Assembly (NCBI GenBank): GCA_001803205.1 | Contig: MHBE01000047.1 | Span: forward strand, 1,308 to 65,307 | DNA from: Lentisphaerae bacterium GWF2_38_69 | GTDB taxonomy: Bacteria > Verrucomicrobiota > Lentisphaeria > Victivallales > GWF2-38-69 | DNA length: 64,000 nt | Reading direction: 5' to 3' | Part shown: in pieces, positions 28,627 to 39,057 of the stretch | Layout of the letters: the number at the start of each line of letters is the position of its first letter | Position numbering within the stretch: position 1 is the first letter of the stretch | Made by a program: the position numbers and the translations under genes | Notes under the pieces: model-generated | What the model saw: the letters and a program-made list of their open reading frames with translations, nothing else | What the model was told of the DNA's origin: nothing | Databases searched by the model: none

Positions 28627-31600
28627 TTATGTTTCCGTTTCTGTTTTAGGTTTGCCGCAGGTTCTTTCCACAAGTTTTTTTATAATGACATAGAAACATG
28701 GAACCAGCAGAGTCCCTAGAATAGCTCCGGCTATCATTCCTCCAAAAACTGTTGTACCTAGACATCTGCTGCTTACAGCCCCTGCCCCTGTGGCAATTAC
28801 CAGAGGAAACACTCCTAAAATAAATGCCAATGCAGTCATAATTATGGCTCTGAATCTTTCCTCTGATGCAAGAAGAGCAGCATCATAAATGCTCTTGCCG
28901 TTCTGATAATGCACTTCAGCAAATTCAACAATAAGAATAGCTGTCTTGGCAGCCATACCGAAAATCAGAACTATACCGACACGGACAAACAAGTTATTCG
29001 CAAGCCCTGTAATAAAAAGTCCGAAAATCGAACCTGTTAACGCCACAGGCACTGAAAGCATTACAGAAAATGGGATAGACCAGCTCTCATACTTGCCCAC
29101 AAGGAAGAGAAACATAACTACAAGAGATACTGCAAAAATTAACAGGACAAGACTTCCAGCTTTGATTTCTTCGTAATAAGTACCCGTCCACTCATACTGA
29201 AATCCTTCAGGAAAAACATCCTTTGCGACTCTCTCCATAGCTTTTATAGCCTGACCGGAACTATAGCCTGGTGCCGGCATCCCCTGCACCTCCGCATTGG
29301 CATACATATTGTAGTGAAAGACTATGTTAGGAGCCAAAGTCCGTGTCACATTAACCAAGGTGCTCAGAGGAATTAGATCTCCTTTAATAGTTAGAGCGTA
29401 AATATTTCCTATATCTTCAAGAGTAGATCTCTGCCCAGGAACTCCCTGCACAATAACCTGAAAGATTTTTCCAAGAGTAAAGAACTGGTTTATATATTTA
29501 CTGCTTATATAAATGGTAAGATAATTAAATACCTCCTGAAGGGGAACCCCCAACTTCAGGCACTTGGCAATATTCACATCGACATTTATCTTCGGAATAA
29601 GCATGTAATTGCTGTAAATACCGGTAAGTTCAGGCTGTTTTTTGGCTTCTGTCATGAAATTCTGAAGAACCTCGTTCAAACGGATTGGATGATTTCCGAT
29701 TTCCTGTTCTATCTCAAACTGAAAACCGCCTGTTTGCCCCAGTCCGGCAATGGGAGGCCTTACAAAAACAAAGCAGAAAGCTTCAGGCACTTCTTTTGCA
29801 AGGGTCTCAGCAAGTCTTGCTCTTATAGCTCCCTGACCTAATGAAGGATCAGTTCTTTTACTCCACGGTTCAAGTACTACAAACATGTGTCCTAAATTGT
29901 CGGCATTTGCAAAATTCAACATGGAGTACCCAGGCTCTGCCAATACATGTGCTATTCCTTTAGTTTCTTTTAGGATTTTATATACCTTATCTATTACACC
30001 CCTTGTTCTTACCAGTGATGCGCTGCTGGGAAGTTGTACATCCACATAGATAATTCCCTGATCTTCTGTCGGAAGAAATCCTGTTGGAATTCTCGTATAA
30101 GAAAATATCACTCCTACGAGAATCACAGCGAAAAAAAGTACAGTGAATATGGTTTTTCTAAGAACAACCTTAAGAGTCCCTATATAACTTCTAGTAATAA
30201 AAGAAAAACATTTTTCAAATCCCCTGAAGAAAAAGTTTTTCTTCCTGTTAGGATCAGCTTCCTTGAGAAGAATTACGCAAAGAGCCGGGCTCAGAGTCAG
30301 GGCATTTATTGCAGAAATAATTACAGAAGCAGCTATGGTTATAGCAAACTGCCTGAATATCTGTCCAGTAATCCCGGGAAGAAATCCCAATGGCAGGAAA
30401 GCTACTGCAAGAACAAGAGTTGTAGCAATTACAGGTCCGGTAATGGTTTTCATTGTCCTGCTGGCAGCTTCCTTTGGGCTTACTTTTTCTTTTTCCATCA
30501 CGCTTGCGACATTTTCTGTAACTACAATTGCGTCATCCACCACTATTCCTATAGCAAGAACAAGACCAAACATGCTTATAGTATTTATACCGCAATCAAA
30601 TAAATACATAGCTGCAAAAGTTCCTAAAAGCGATACGGGTATGGCAATGGTAGGAACCAGAGCCATTCGCCAGTTCTGAAGAAAGATAAAGACGACGACA
30701 ACCACAAGGATAATAGCTGTAATTAGAGTATTGTATATCTCCTGCAGAGCCACCCTTACAAATAGAGTAGTATCATACCAAATCACCCCTTCAATCCCCT
30801 TGGGGAAATAGGGTTTTCTTTCTTCCAGCAATTGGTAAACCTGATCTGCCACTGCCAGAGCATTTGCATCTCCATCAATGTAAATGGCTATATTTGACGC
30901 AGGTTTATCGTCTGCAAGACAGTAATCGAAATATTGCGATGAGCCAAGTTCCACCTTCGCGACATCTTTTACCCGAATTATACTTCCATCGGGCGTTGCT
31001 CTGATAATCATTTCTTCATACTGTTCTTTATTACTAGGCAGAGCCTGTACAAGCAAAGTATATTCCATTTGTTGTTTTACTATTGAAGGAGGGCCTCCTA
31101 ACATTCCACCCGGTACTTGAGTACCCTGTACCTGAACAGTACTCAACAACTCCTGCGCGGTTATTTTATAACTTGCCATCTTGACCGGATCAACCCAGAT
31201 TCTTACAGCATAATTTCGAGCTCCTCTTATTATCACTTCCCCTACCCCATTTATTCTTGAAAGCCTGTCATAAAGGTTCAGATAAGCATAGTTACTAAGA
31301 AACAAGTCGTCGAATTCTCCATTTTTCGTTGTCAGAGTTACAAGCAGAAGAATATCCGTAGATTTCTGAAAAACGATAAGTCCTTCATACTGTACTTCGG
31401 GGGGCAACTGAGGCAAGGCTATCTGCGTTCTAATTAAAGTATTTACCGTGTCAAGATCTGGATCGCTTCCTACTTCGAAAGATATTTCCCCATAAAGCAG
31501 ATTCTGGTCAGAACCCTGTACCACCATATATATCATATCCTCTACGCCGTTTATCTGCTGTTCAAGCGGCTGCATTACAGTCTGCTCCAACATTATCGCG

Positions 31601-31761
31601 TCAGCGCCTGGATAGGTAGTTCTTACTTCGACAATTGGCGGAAGCACATCAGGAAACTGCGCCATTGGCAGATTCATCATGGCAAGGATCCCTCCGATAA
31701 TTATCAGAAGGGATATAGCTATAGCTAATTTGGGTCTATTTATGAATAATTGACTGAACAT
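28627..31761 (-). CDS. RND efflux permease (AcrB/HAE1-like), copy 2
   Basis: 1044-aa. Clear paralog of 21735-24884: the motifs PLEQQINGVEDMIYMV and GIVVDDAIVV are shared verbatim. Confidence 0.95.
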   Translation of the reverse strand: MFSQLFINRPKLAIAISLLIIIGGILAMMNLPMAQFPDVLPPIVEVRTTYPGADAIMLEQTVMQPLEQQINGVEDMIYMVVQGSDQNLLYGEISFEVGSDPDLDTVNTLIRTQIALPQLPPEVQYEGLIVFQKSTDILLLVTLTTKNGEFDDLFLSNYAYLNLYDRLSRINGVGEVIIRGARNYAVRIWVDPVKMASYKITAQELLSTVQVQGTQVPGGMLGGPPSIVKQQMEYTLLVQALPSNKEQYEEMIIRATPDGSIIRVKDVAKVELGSSQYFDYCLADDKPASNIAIYIDGDANALAVADQVYQLLEERKPYFPKGIEGVIWYDTTLFVRVALQEIYNTLITAIILVVVVVFIFLQNWRMALVPTIAIPVSLLGTFAAMYLFDCGINTISMFGLVLAIGIVVDDAIVVTENVASVMEKEKVSPKEAASRTMKTITGPVIATTLVLAVAFLPLGFLPGITGQIFRQFAITIAASVIISAINALTLSPALCVILLKEADPNRKKNFFFRGFEKCFSFITRSYIGTLKVVLRKTIFTVLFFAVILVGVIFSYTRIPTGFLPTEDQGIIYVDVQLPSSASLVRTRGVIDKVYKILKETKGIAHVLAEPGYSMLNFANADNLGHMFVVLEPWSKRTDPSLGQGAIRARLAETLAKEVPEAFCFVFVRPPIAGLGQTGGFQFEIEQEIGNHPIRLNEVLQNFMTEAKKQPELTGIYSNYMLIPKINVDVNIAKCLKLGVPLQEVFNYLTIYISSKYINQFFTLGKIFQVIVQGVPGQRSTLEDIGNIYALTIKGDLIPLSTLVNVTRTLAPNIVFHYNMYANAEVQGMPAPGYSSGQAIKAMERVAKDVFPEGFQYEWTGTYYEEIKAGSLVLLIFAVSLVVMFLFLVGKYESWSIPFSVMLSVPVALTGSIFGLFITGLANNLFVRVGIVLIFGMAAKTAILIVEFAEVHYQNGKSIYDAALLASEERFRAIIMTALAFILGVFPLVIATGAGAVSSRCLGTTVFGGMIAGAILGTLLVPCFYVIIKKLVERTCGKPKTETET

Positions 31762-31810
31762 CTAATAAAACATAGTTTAGAAAAACTAATAAAACATTTC
31801 AAGACATTAT

Positions 31811-32995
31811 TTAAATTGACGACTCTCTAACAGTAGGTTCATTGTATTTCTGGATTTTGTAATCAACCTTCATTCCGGGTCTTAATCTCATCAGTCCCTG
31901 AGTTACAACTGTTTCTCCTTCTTTCAGACCGCTTTCCACAATTATCCGAGTATCTGAGGATTCTTTCCCCAGTTTTACATATCTCTTCTCAACTGTATTG
32001 TCTTCTTTCAATACAAAAACATAAGTGCCTATCTGATCGTCAAGCACAGCGCATTGCATTATTACAAGGTTCGGGAATTTCTTTTTTGTTTCTATGAATA
32101 CTGTAACAAAGCCGCCTGGCACAAGCAGTTCGTCAGGATTCGTAAAAATCGCCCTCATCTGGATAGTACCTGCGATAGGATTGATTTTATTGTCGATATA
32201 GTTAATATCTCCTGCTTCTTCATATTCTGAATTATTGGATAACTGCACCCTGACATCAAAGAGTTTTTGCATTTCAGAAACAGTCTCCTGGGCCTTCGAG
32301 GTAAGTATCCCTCTCTCTTTTTCCATCAGAGTGACAAGTTCTGTTTCGCTTACGGGAAACTCAACCCAGATCGGATCCATCTGCACCACTTCTGCCAGAG
32401 GTTCGACCTGAGGCTGGTTTCTCTGAGCTCCTACAACATTGCCTACGCTGTAAGTGTACATCCCGATTCTGCCGTCAAAAGGAGCGTATATGTCAGTATA
32501 ACTAAGGTTAAGAGCCTGAAGATCATATTCAGCTCTTGCAGAAAGAAGTTCGGCTTCGGCATCCAGTTTAACTTGCATAGCATTATCGACAGCTTCTTTG
32601 CTGGTAGCATTCTGCTCTAGCATTACTGCCTGTCGGTTATATTCAATCTGGGCATTATCGTAAACTGACTGGGCTCTGAACATTTTAGCTTTTGCCTGGT
32701 TATACTGAGCTTTGAACTGGTCTTTCTGGATTTCATACAAAAGCTGACCTTTCTTTACAAAATCTCCAGGGTTGAAATTCCTCTTAGTCAAATATCCTTC
32801 TACCCTGGCAACAAGGTAAACAAATTCTATTGCGACAACCTGCCCTACAGCTTTGATGGAAGAAGGCAGCTGATCTATCTTTGCAGGAGCAACAAGAACA
32901 AAAGGTATATTCGATTTCGGAATTGGGGCTTTTTCACATCCTGTTAAAATAAACAGGAAAAAACATATAAATAAACAGCAAGAATATTTACTCAC
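31811..32995 (-). CDS. RND periplasmic adaptor (membrane fusion protein), lipoprotein, copy 2
   Basis: 394-aa, lipobox LTGC. Paralog of 24904-26118 (GQLLYEIQKDQF, LNLSYTDIYAPFDGRIGMY). Confidence 0.9.
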   Translation of the reverse strand: MSKYSCCLFICFFLFILTGCEKAPIPKSNIPFVLVAPAKIDQLPSSIKAVGQVVAIEFVYLVARVEGYLTKRNFNPGDFVKKGQLLYEIQKDQFKAQYNQAKAKMFRAQSVYDNAQIEYNRQAVMLEQNATSKEAVDNAMQVKLDAEAELLSARAEYDLQALNLSYTDIYAPFDGRIGMYTYSVGNVVGAQRNQPQVEPLAEVVQMDPIWVEFPVSETELVTLMEKERGILTSKAQETVSEMQKLFDVRVQLSNNSEYEEAGDINYIDNKINPIAGTIQMRAIFTNPDELLVPGGFVTVFIETKKKFPNLVIMQCAVLDDQIGTYVFVLKEDNTVEKRYVKLGKESSDTRIIVESGLKEGETVVTQGLMRLRPGMKVDYKIQKYNEPTVRESSI

Positions 32996-33082
32996 TTTTC
33001 TGAGACCTATTTTCGAATTAGAGAGAGGTTTAGATAATCAATAGTATTGAGTCTATTTAATTGATTTGTTATTTCAATAAGT

Positions 33083-35209
33083 CTAATTGCCAAAATTATT
33101 AATTTTTTGCTTTATTTCGTTATTGAGTTTTTCCAATTCTTTAAAACTATGATTAATCTTCGTATTCAGATTTTCTATTTCAGTTTCTGAAGAGGCCAGA
33201 TCGCCTATCCAGTTAGATCTGAGAGTTTGTTCTTTAGCATTTCCAGCTCCTCTCAATAACTCAATATTCTGTCTGATTCGTTTTTCTTTTTCAGAAAGTG
33301 CTTTTATCTGTTTCGTGAAGTTTTCTATATTAATTTTTAATTCTGCGGCTCTTGATTTGAGTTCAGATATTTCTTTCAGAAAATCACGGACTTTTTTATC
33401 AAGGTATGGAGCTGAAGCATAGTAAGAAACTGTTTTATCATCGCAGTCTGTCACAACTACTGTCTCTTCTATATTCCTTTTCTCTTTAATAGTAAATTCT
33501 TTTTTCTCGCCGGGATTAAGAGCTATTTCAAAAAGATAATGACCATCTGACTCTTTAAGAGGTTTTTCTGGTTCAACGAGAGTATAGAGCGAACTGGCAG
33601 GAAACTCAATCCATAGAGTTTCACTGTTCTTTCCTTTTGACTCAATCTCCATGATTGAAGTAAGCATTTCAGTGCGCGTCAAAGTAAGAACTCCATTAAC
33701 AAGTTTTCCCTTGAAATATGCAGATTTATCATAATTTGAAGTCGAAATGATGCTCGCGTAAGAAGCAATGGCATAGGGGATTATTTCCTGATTGCCGGGA
33801 GTAAGAGTCTGGTTTAATATTCCTTCTCCAAGTGACGCATTACCTTCAAAGAAAGCAACAGGGCCTGCATCTAGTGTAAGTTCAGAATCATTATGCAGCA
33901 CAGCTGCATTCAAAACATTTAATGAAAAAGATTTTTTATAGTACAAAAGTTTTCTGCAGGACATGGAAGAAGTTAAAATCGGAATCATCGCGGCTCTTTT
34001 TTGCTGAATTGAAATTTTATCTTCTACATTGTAGCTGAACAAAGTCCCAAGAGTCTTGCCTCTGACACTCTGTTCAACACTGTTTGCTAGATAATCGCTT
34101 AAATATTCTCCTTCCTGCGCGCTCAAAGCTGCTGGCGCGGAAAAAGCCATATTATTATCTCCTGCTCCTGATTCCAAGTAAGCGTAATTATCCTGAACAA
34201 TAGATTTGGATTCCCTCGCGAGCAAAAGTTCTTTGTTTTTTGCTTTATTTACTGCGGTTTGCTCTCTGGGAGCGTTTTCCCAGTCAATATTCAAACTCTG
34301 CATGCCAGGAACAGGAACACTCTGTCTTGAGATGTATAACGGCGAATACAAATTCATCGAGAATGATATTGGATTACCAGTGACAAAAGCTATATCAATT
34401 TCATTCCAGTCATCATCAGTAGCATTTTCAGCCAAAGCCCATCCCTGAACTAAAGCTTTTTCCTTCTCTTTAGAGTCGAAAAGCAGTCTGTATGAGCACT
34501 TCCAGACAGGCATATTAATCAGATACCCTATTCGTATGATTCTTTCTCCGGTTCCCTGAGTGCTTATTGTCATTTTCTTGAAGTTTGAATATTTACCTTC
34601 CAGTGAAATATCCAGAAGTTCAGTAATATCCTTGTTCAATGCTTCATTTTTTAACTTTAACTCAATAAGCGATGAAAGGCTTAGTGTCCTGATTGCTCCT
34701 GTGTCACTCTTTATCACCATACGGAAATCTCTTTTGACAATCTGGTTTGAAGTGATTTCTTCTACAGGTTCTAAACCTAAAATCCTTCCCTCTACAGTCT
34801 CATCAGCGACTTTAGCAGAAATTTCGGCGCCTTTCAGCTCAGCTATAAGCCCGCTCAAGGTTGATTTGTCTGGAATTTTGATTAATATTTTCTTCAGTCT
34901 TTCTGAAATAGGTTCCTGTGTCTCGTACTGAATTGATGTGATTTTCCCACCATTGAGATCTATAGCATAAAATGAAGCAAGAATGTCATTCATTTCTCTC
35001 TCGGGAAAATATAAAGAAAGTGCCTGATTATCTTTTATAGAAATTTCTCTTTCAATATAGCCAAGCCCGTGTTTGTATAATACCACTTTTGTTATCGGAG
35101 GAGGAGCATTCAAAGGCAATATAGTTGAGGCCTCAATGATGTAAGAAGATAAAAAAATGTTTGCGGTTAATATGGCCAATCCAAAAAAGTTTCTTCTCCT
35201 TGAATTCAT
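33083..35209 (-). CDS. Secreted DUF4139/DUF4140-like protein with C-terminal coiled coil (tentative family assignment)
   Basis: 708-aa with an N-terminal signal peptide. The N-terminal pattern VVLYKHGLGYIEREISI...MNDILASFYAIDLNGGKITSIQYE resembles DUF4140/4139 (MuiA-like) proteins from memory. The last ~110 aa are heptad-rich. Confidence 0.6.
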   Translation of the reverse strand: MNSRRRNFFGLAILTANIFLSSYIIEASTILPLNAPPPITKVVLYKHGLGYIEREISIKDNQALSLYFPEREMNDILASFYAIDLNGGKITSIQYETQEPISERLKKILIKIPDKSTLSGLIAELKGAEISAKVADETVEGRILGLEPVEEITSNQIVKRDFRMVIKSDTGAIRTLSLSSLIELKLKNEALNKDITELLDISLEGKYSNFKKMTISTQGTGERIIRIGYLINMPVWKCSYRLLFDSKEKEKALVQGWALAENATDDDWNEIDIAFVTGNPISFSMNLYSPLYISRQSVPVPGMQSLNIDWENAPREQTAVNKAKNKELLLARESKSIVQDNYAYLESGAGDNNMAFSAPAALSAQEGEYLSDYLANSVEQSVRGKTLGTLFSYNVEDKISIQQKRAAMIPILTSSMSCRKLLYYKKSFSLNVLNAAVLHNDSELTLDAGPVAFFEGNASLGEGILNQTLTPGNQEIIPYAIASYASIISTSNYDKSAYFKGKLVNGVLTLTRTEMLTSIMEIESKGKNSETLWIEFPASSLYTLVEPEKPLKESDGHYLFEIALNPGEKKEFTIKEKRNIEETVVVTDCDDKTVSYYASAPYLDKKVRDFLKEISELKSRAAELKINIENFTKQIKALSEKEKRIRQNIELLRGAGNAKEQTLRSNWIGDLASSETEIENLNTKINHSFKELEKLNNEIKQKINNFGN

Positions 35210-35249
35210 ATTCGTTCTCTCCTGATAAAGTTTAAATTATGTAAAATAT

Positions 35250-37145
35250 CTAATTATTATAGCTCAACCCTGTTCCATAGGCATATAGGATCCTGCGCCC
35301 GTCACTCGAAAGAATATCAACAGGGAGTTTTCCCACAGGCTCATTGAATGAGTTGTTTGTTTTATTATTTATAAATATAGTTTTAATAACGCTGACAAGA
35401 TTAATTTTTAAAATTGCTAGTATGGAATTAGTCTGGTCAAATCCCACAGCTCCGTAAATACATAATGCAGCTCTTGCACTGCGCACATAGGCTATATCAT
35501 AAGGGTTTCTGCATGCGATGTTGACGCATTTTACTGAATTTGCTTTTGCTGTTTGGGCAATTTCTTCCGGAAGAATTGAAGAAGAATTAAGATTATAAGT
35601 AAGTAGCAGACAGATATCAGTATTTCTTATAAGTTCTTCAATTCTAGGAGTCATATGCGCAGCATAATCAATTCTAGAAGTATTTATATTGACATTTATT
35701 CCATTAAGCGAGGCTAGATTTTCTATCTCATCTTTCACTATTCCTAGCCTTATTGAGTTTGCGTCTAAAACCAATATTTTAATGCCGTTTTTCATCCTTA
35801 TTGGTAATAGGTTATTATCATTTTTAATTAGTGTAATTCCTCTTTCTGATGCTTTTTCTTCCAGATCTTTATGAACTTTGGAAGATAAGATTTTTTCGGC
35901 ATTAAGAATCTCCTTATTCAAATTATCAGAAGCAAAAGTATTTTTTTTGAGTTCATATTTCTTTTTAAACGAAATAATTCTATTATAAGATTCATTGACT
36001 CTTGCTTTGAATTCTTCATTTGCCTTATACTCTTTTTCCAACGCTGACATAAGCTTTTCAAGATCAGAAATATCTTCTTCTGACCATACCCTTGCCGGCA
36101 TAAGAACCAGATCGCATCCTGCAAGAATAGCTCTTATTGAAGCGTCGGAATTACCAAAATTGTCACTTATAGCTTTCATATCCATCGCATCAGTAAGAAT
36201 CAGCCCTTTAAAACGCATTTTTTCTCTGAGCAAACCGGTAACTATTACTTTTGAAAGAGTCGCCGGAACCCCAATAAGCCGTCCGGCTCTGCGGGATATT
36301 ACTTTTATATCATCAAGAGCCGGGACGATCACATGCGCCACCATTACGCACATGGCGCCATCTTCTATGGTTTTCTCGAAAGGATACAAGTCAAGTTCAT
36401 CGAGTTCTTCAATATTATGAGTTACCACTGCAAGCCCGAGATGAGTGTCTGAAGCCGTATCTCCATGGCCTGGGAAGTGTTTGACGCAGCTAAGGACATT
36501 AGCTTTTCTTAGTCCTTTTATATACGCAATTCCCATTTGAGCGACAAGTTGAGGATTGCTTCCAAACGACCTTACTCCAATCACAGGATTTTCTGGATTC
36601 ATATTAACATCTATATCAGGAGCAAAATCCAAATTGATACCCTGGCAGTAAAGTTCTTGACCTATAGCCTCTGCGACATCAAAAACCATTCTATTGTCTC
36701 TCGTTGCACCAAGCACCATATTGCCGGGCATGTCAGTGCCTGACTGCAGCCTTGTTACCACTCCGCCTTCCTGATCAATTCCGAGCAGAAGAGGAATATG
36801 AGAAACTCCCTGTAGAGACATGACAAGCTTAATTGTCTGTTCGGGATTAACTATATTTTCTCTAAAAAGACATATTCCGCCAAATTTATAATGCTTTATC
36901 AGGCTTTCTACTTGAGGATTAGTGCGAGTAAAAGGAATGAAATTACCATCTTCATTCCTTCCCCAATTCCTAAAATCAGGCATAATCATCTGCCCTATTT
37001 TCTCTCTTATTTGTTCTGTTTGTTCAGAAGAGTATGAATAAGAAAAATTTTCTGCTGCTGTTTTATCGCAGAATGGCGATTTTGAGCACCCTGAAACGGC
37101 CAGAAAAATAACAATTACTGAGAAGAATGATATTTTTATTCTCAT
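35250..37145 (-). CDS. GH3 beta-N-acetylhexosaminidase (NagZ/YbbD-like two-domain lipoprotein)
   Basis: 631-aa, lipobox AVSGC. GH3 motifs KHFPGHGDT and the LILTDAMDM region, plus a C-terminal extra domain as in two-domain NagZ enzymes. Confidence 0.85.
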   Translation of the reverse strand: MRIKISFFSVIVIFLAVSGCSKSPFCDKTAAENFSYSYSSEQTEQIREKIGQMIMPDFRNWGRNEDGNFIPFTRTNPQVESLIKHYKFGGICLFRENIVNPEQTIKLVMSLQGVSHIPLLLGIDQEGGVVTRLQSGTDMPGNMVLGATRDNRMVFDVAEAIGQELYCQGINLDFAPDIDVNMNPENPVIGVRSFGSNPQLVAQMGIAYIKGLRKANVLSCVKHFPGHGDTASDTHLGLAVVTHNIEELDELDLYPFEKTIEDGAMCVMVAHVIVPALDDIKVISRRAGRLIGVPATLSKVIVTGLLREKMRFKGLILTDAMDMKAISDNFGNSDASIRAILAGCDLVLMPARVWSEEDISDLEKLMSALEKEYKANEEFKARVNESYNRIISFKKKYELKKNTFASDNLNKEILNAEKILSSKVHKDLEEKASERGITLIKNDNNLLPIRMKNGIKILVLDANSIRLGIVKDEIENLASLNGINVNINTSRIDYAAHMTPRIEELIRNTDICLLLTYNLNSSSILPEEIAQTAKANSVKCVNIACRNPYDIAYVRSARAALCIYGAVGFDQTNSILAILKINLVSVIKTIFINNKTNNSFNEPVGKLPVDILSSDGRRILYAYGTGLSYNN

Positions 37146-37170
37146 TTCTTAATTTTGGAAAGTTGGTTTT

Positions 37171-38976
37171 TTAAAGAAGCAAAGAGACTTTTTCCGGTCC
37201 TGTTGGCGTCATCTTCACCAAAGCCTTGTCTGTAATTTTCAATTCAGGAATAACAGGCAGCTGAAGGAATCCCATAGTAAGAAACGCAGAAGAAAGGGTC
37301 CCTCCAAGTTCCTTATACGCTCTGTCTACAAGCAAATGGGCTTTTACAGCCTGAGACGGTTCTTCTACTGACATCAATCCCGCAAACCTCAGCTCCATTG
37401 AAGCAATAAGCCGTCCATTTTTAACTACTGCTATTCCGCCCTGCATCTTTTTGATTTCCTCTATTGCCACATCCATATCAGCATCGTTTGTTCCTATTAC
37501 TCCAAGGTTGTGAGAGTCGTGGCCTACAGTTGAAGCTACTGCTCCTTCCTTCAAACCAAACCCCTTTATTAGTCCTACTGTAAAATTTCCTTTATGGTTG
37601 TGCCGGTTTATCACCGCAATTTTGAGAATATCAGAGTCAACATTAGCTTTTATTTCGCCATTAACGGGCACAAACTCTTCTATAGACTCTTCTGTGACTA
37701 TCTGGTCTTTAATAAGTTTTATAACTCTGGCCTTCTGAATTTTAGCATTTGAAGAAATTCTAAAATCCGCCGGAGAGAAGTCTCTGTCAATGTTAACTGA
37801 ATTTAGTATATATGAAGGATGTGAATACTCATGAAAATAAGGCATAATTTCATCGCGCATATAAACGAGTTTGCCGTTCGCTATTGTAGCAAAAGGCCTA
37901 AAGCTTTCAATGTCGTCAAAAATAGCAATGTCCGCCCTGGACTGAATTGAAAGCTTTCCAAGATATTTGAAATCGAAGAATTCTGCAGCATTCATCGTAA
38001 CCATTCTGATGATATCAAAAACATTTATTCTCGGATTTTTTTTCGACTTAAGCAGAGCAACAGCCTTTCTGAGAGAGTGATCCAGATGGCCTTTGGAAAT
38101 AAGGTCATGAGGGTTTTTATCATCAGAACAAATCAGAAGCCTTCTAGTATCAATATCTTTTTCTATTACATAATCCAGGAGTTCCTCCATATTCTGCGCG
38201 CTGCTTCCATCTCTGAGCATCACATAAAGCCCTTTTGAGAGTTTTTCCTCAAGCTCTTCGCCTTTGGAACACTCGTGATCCCCCATTATGCCTGCATTAA
38301 TGTAAGCTGTAAGTTCCTTCCCTTTCAGAGTCGGACAGTGTCCATCTATAATAAGATTGTTTTTCTTGTATCCCCTTGCCCTATAAGTTTCGCTGATCTT
38401 AGCAAGAATATCCGGAAAGCAATGTACAACTCCCGGATAATTCATCACCTCTCCAAGACCTATGATGTTGTTGTACAGAAGAAGAGATTTCACATCATCT
38501 GAAGAAATAACGGCTCCGCTCTCCTCAAATTCTCCTCCGAGTGCCGGAACGCAAGAAGGAACAGTGAAATAAGACCTGAGATTTGTATCCATAGCCTCAT
38601 TTATAATATGCCTGATGCCTCTTTTCCCAAGTACATTGGCCAGCTCGTGAGGATCATTTATAACTGTGGTAGTGCCGTGCTGAAGAACGACAGTAGCAAA
38701 ATTAGAGAAAGTCAGCATCGAACTTTCCATATGAATATGAGGTTCAATCAGGCCAGGAACAGCAAATCTTCCCTCAAGGTCTATTATTCTTGTGTGTCTG
38801 TCAGCATATTCGGTATAGTCCTCATAAAGTCCGACGATTCTGCGTCCTTTTATTGTTATAGCGCCATGTCTTATTTTTCCTGACATTACATCAACTATTG
38901 ACGCGTTTCTGAGTACAAGATCCGGGGCTATTTCACCAAGAGAACATCTTATGCTCCGTTCGTATCTGTCATCCAT
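37171..38976 (-). CDS. ade: Adenine deaminase
   Basis: 601-aa amidohydrolase. Metal-binding EPHIHMESS, and size and overall pattern typical of Ade. Confidence 0.85.
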   Translation of the reverse strand: MDDRYERSIRCSLGEIAPDLVLRNASIVDVMSGKIRHGAITIKGRRIVGLYEDYTEYADRHTRIIDLEGRFAVPGLIEPHIHMESSMLTFSNFATVVLQHGTTTVINDPHELANVLGKRGIRHIINEAMDTNLRSYFTVPSCVPALGGEFEESGAVISSDDVKSLLLYNNIIGLGEVMNYPGVVHCFPDILAKISETYRARGYKKNNLIIDGHCPTLKGKELTAYINAGIMGDHECSKGEELEEKLSKGLYVMLRDGSSAQNMEELLDYVIEKDIDTRRLLICSDDKNPHDLISKGHLDHSLRKAVALLKSKKNPRINVFDIIRMVTMNAAEFFDFKYLGKLSIQSRADIAIFDDIESFRPFATIANGKLVYMRDEIMPYFHEYSHPSYILNSVNIDRDFSPADFRISSNAKIQKARVIKLIKDQIVTEESIEEFVPVNGEIKANVDSDILKIAVINRHNHKGNFTVGLIKGFGLKEGAVASTVGHDSHNLGVIGTNDADMDVAIEEIKKMQGGIAVVKNGRLIASMELRFAGLMSVEEPSQAVKAHLLVDRAYKELGGTLSSAFLTMGFLQLPVIPELKITDKALVKMTPTGPEKVSLLL

Positions 38977-39057
38977 ATCAGCCTCTTAATTTTAATTACA
39001 GAAAGTACAGCAATGCATATGAGCGAATTCTTTGGATTTCTCCTTAAGGCAATGTAT

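Noticed and set aside
21756-31761. Numerous antisense or overlapping ORFs inside the RND genes (e.g. 23491-23901, 30034-30603, 30263-30679), and similar ones inside other long genes (36-38 kb, 39919-40500, 42070-42408)
   Set aside because: They lie entirely within, and antisense or out of frame to, long ORFs with unambiguous family motifs. Their low-complexity translations are typical of shadow ORFs.
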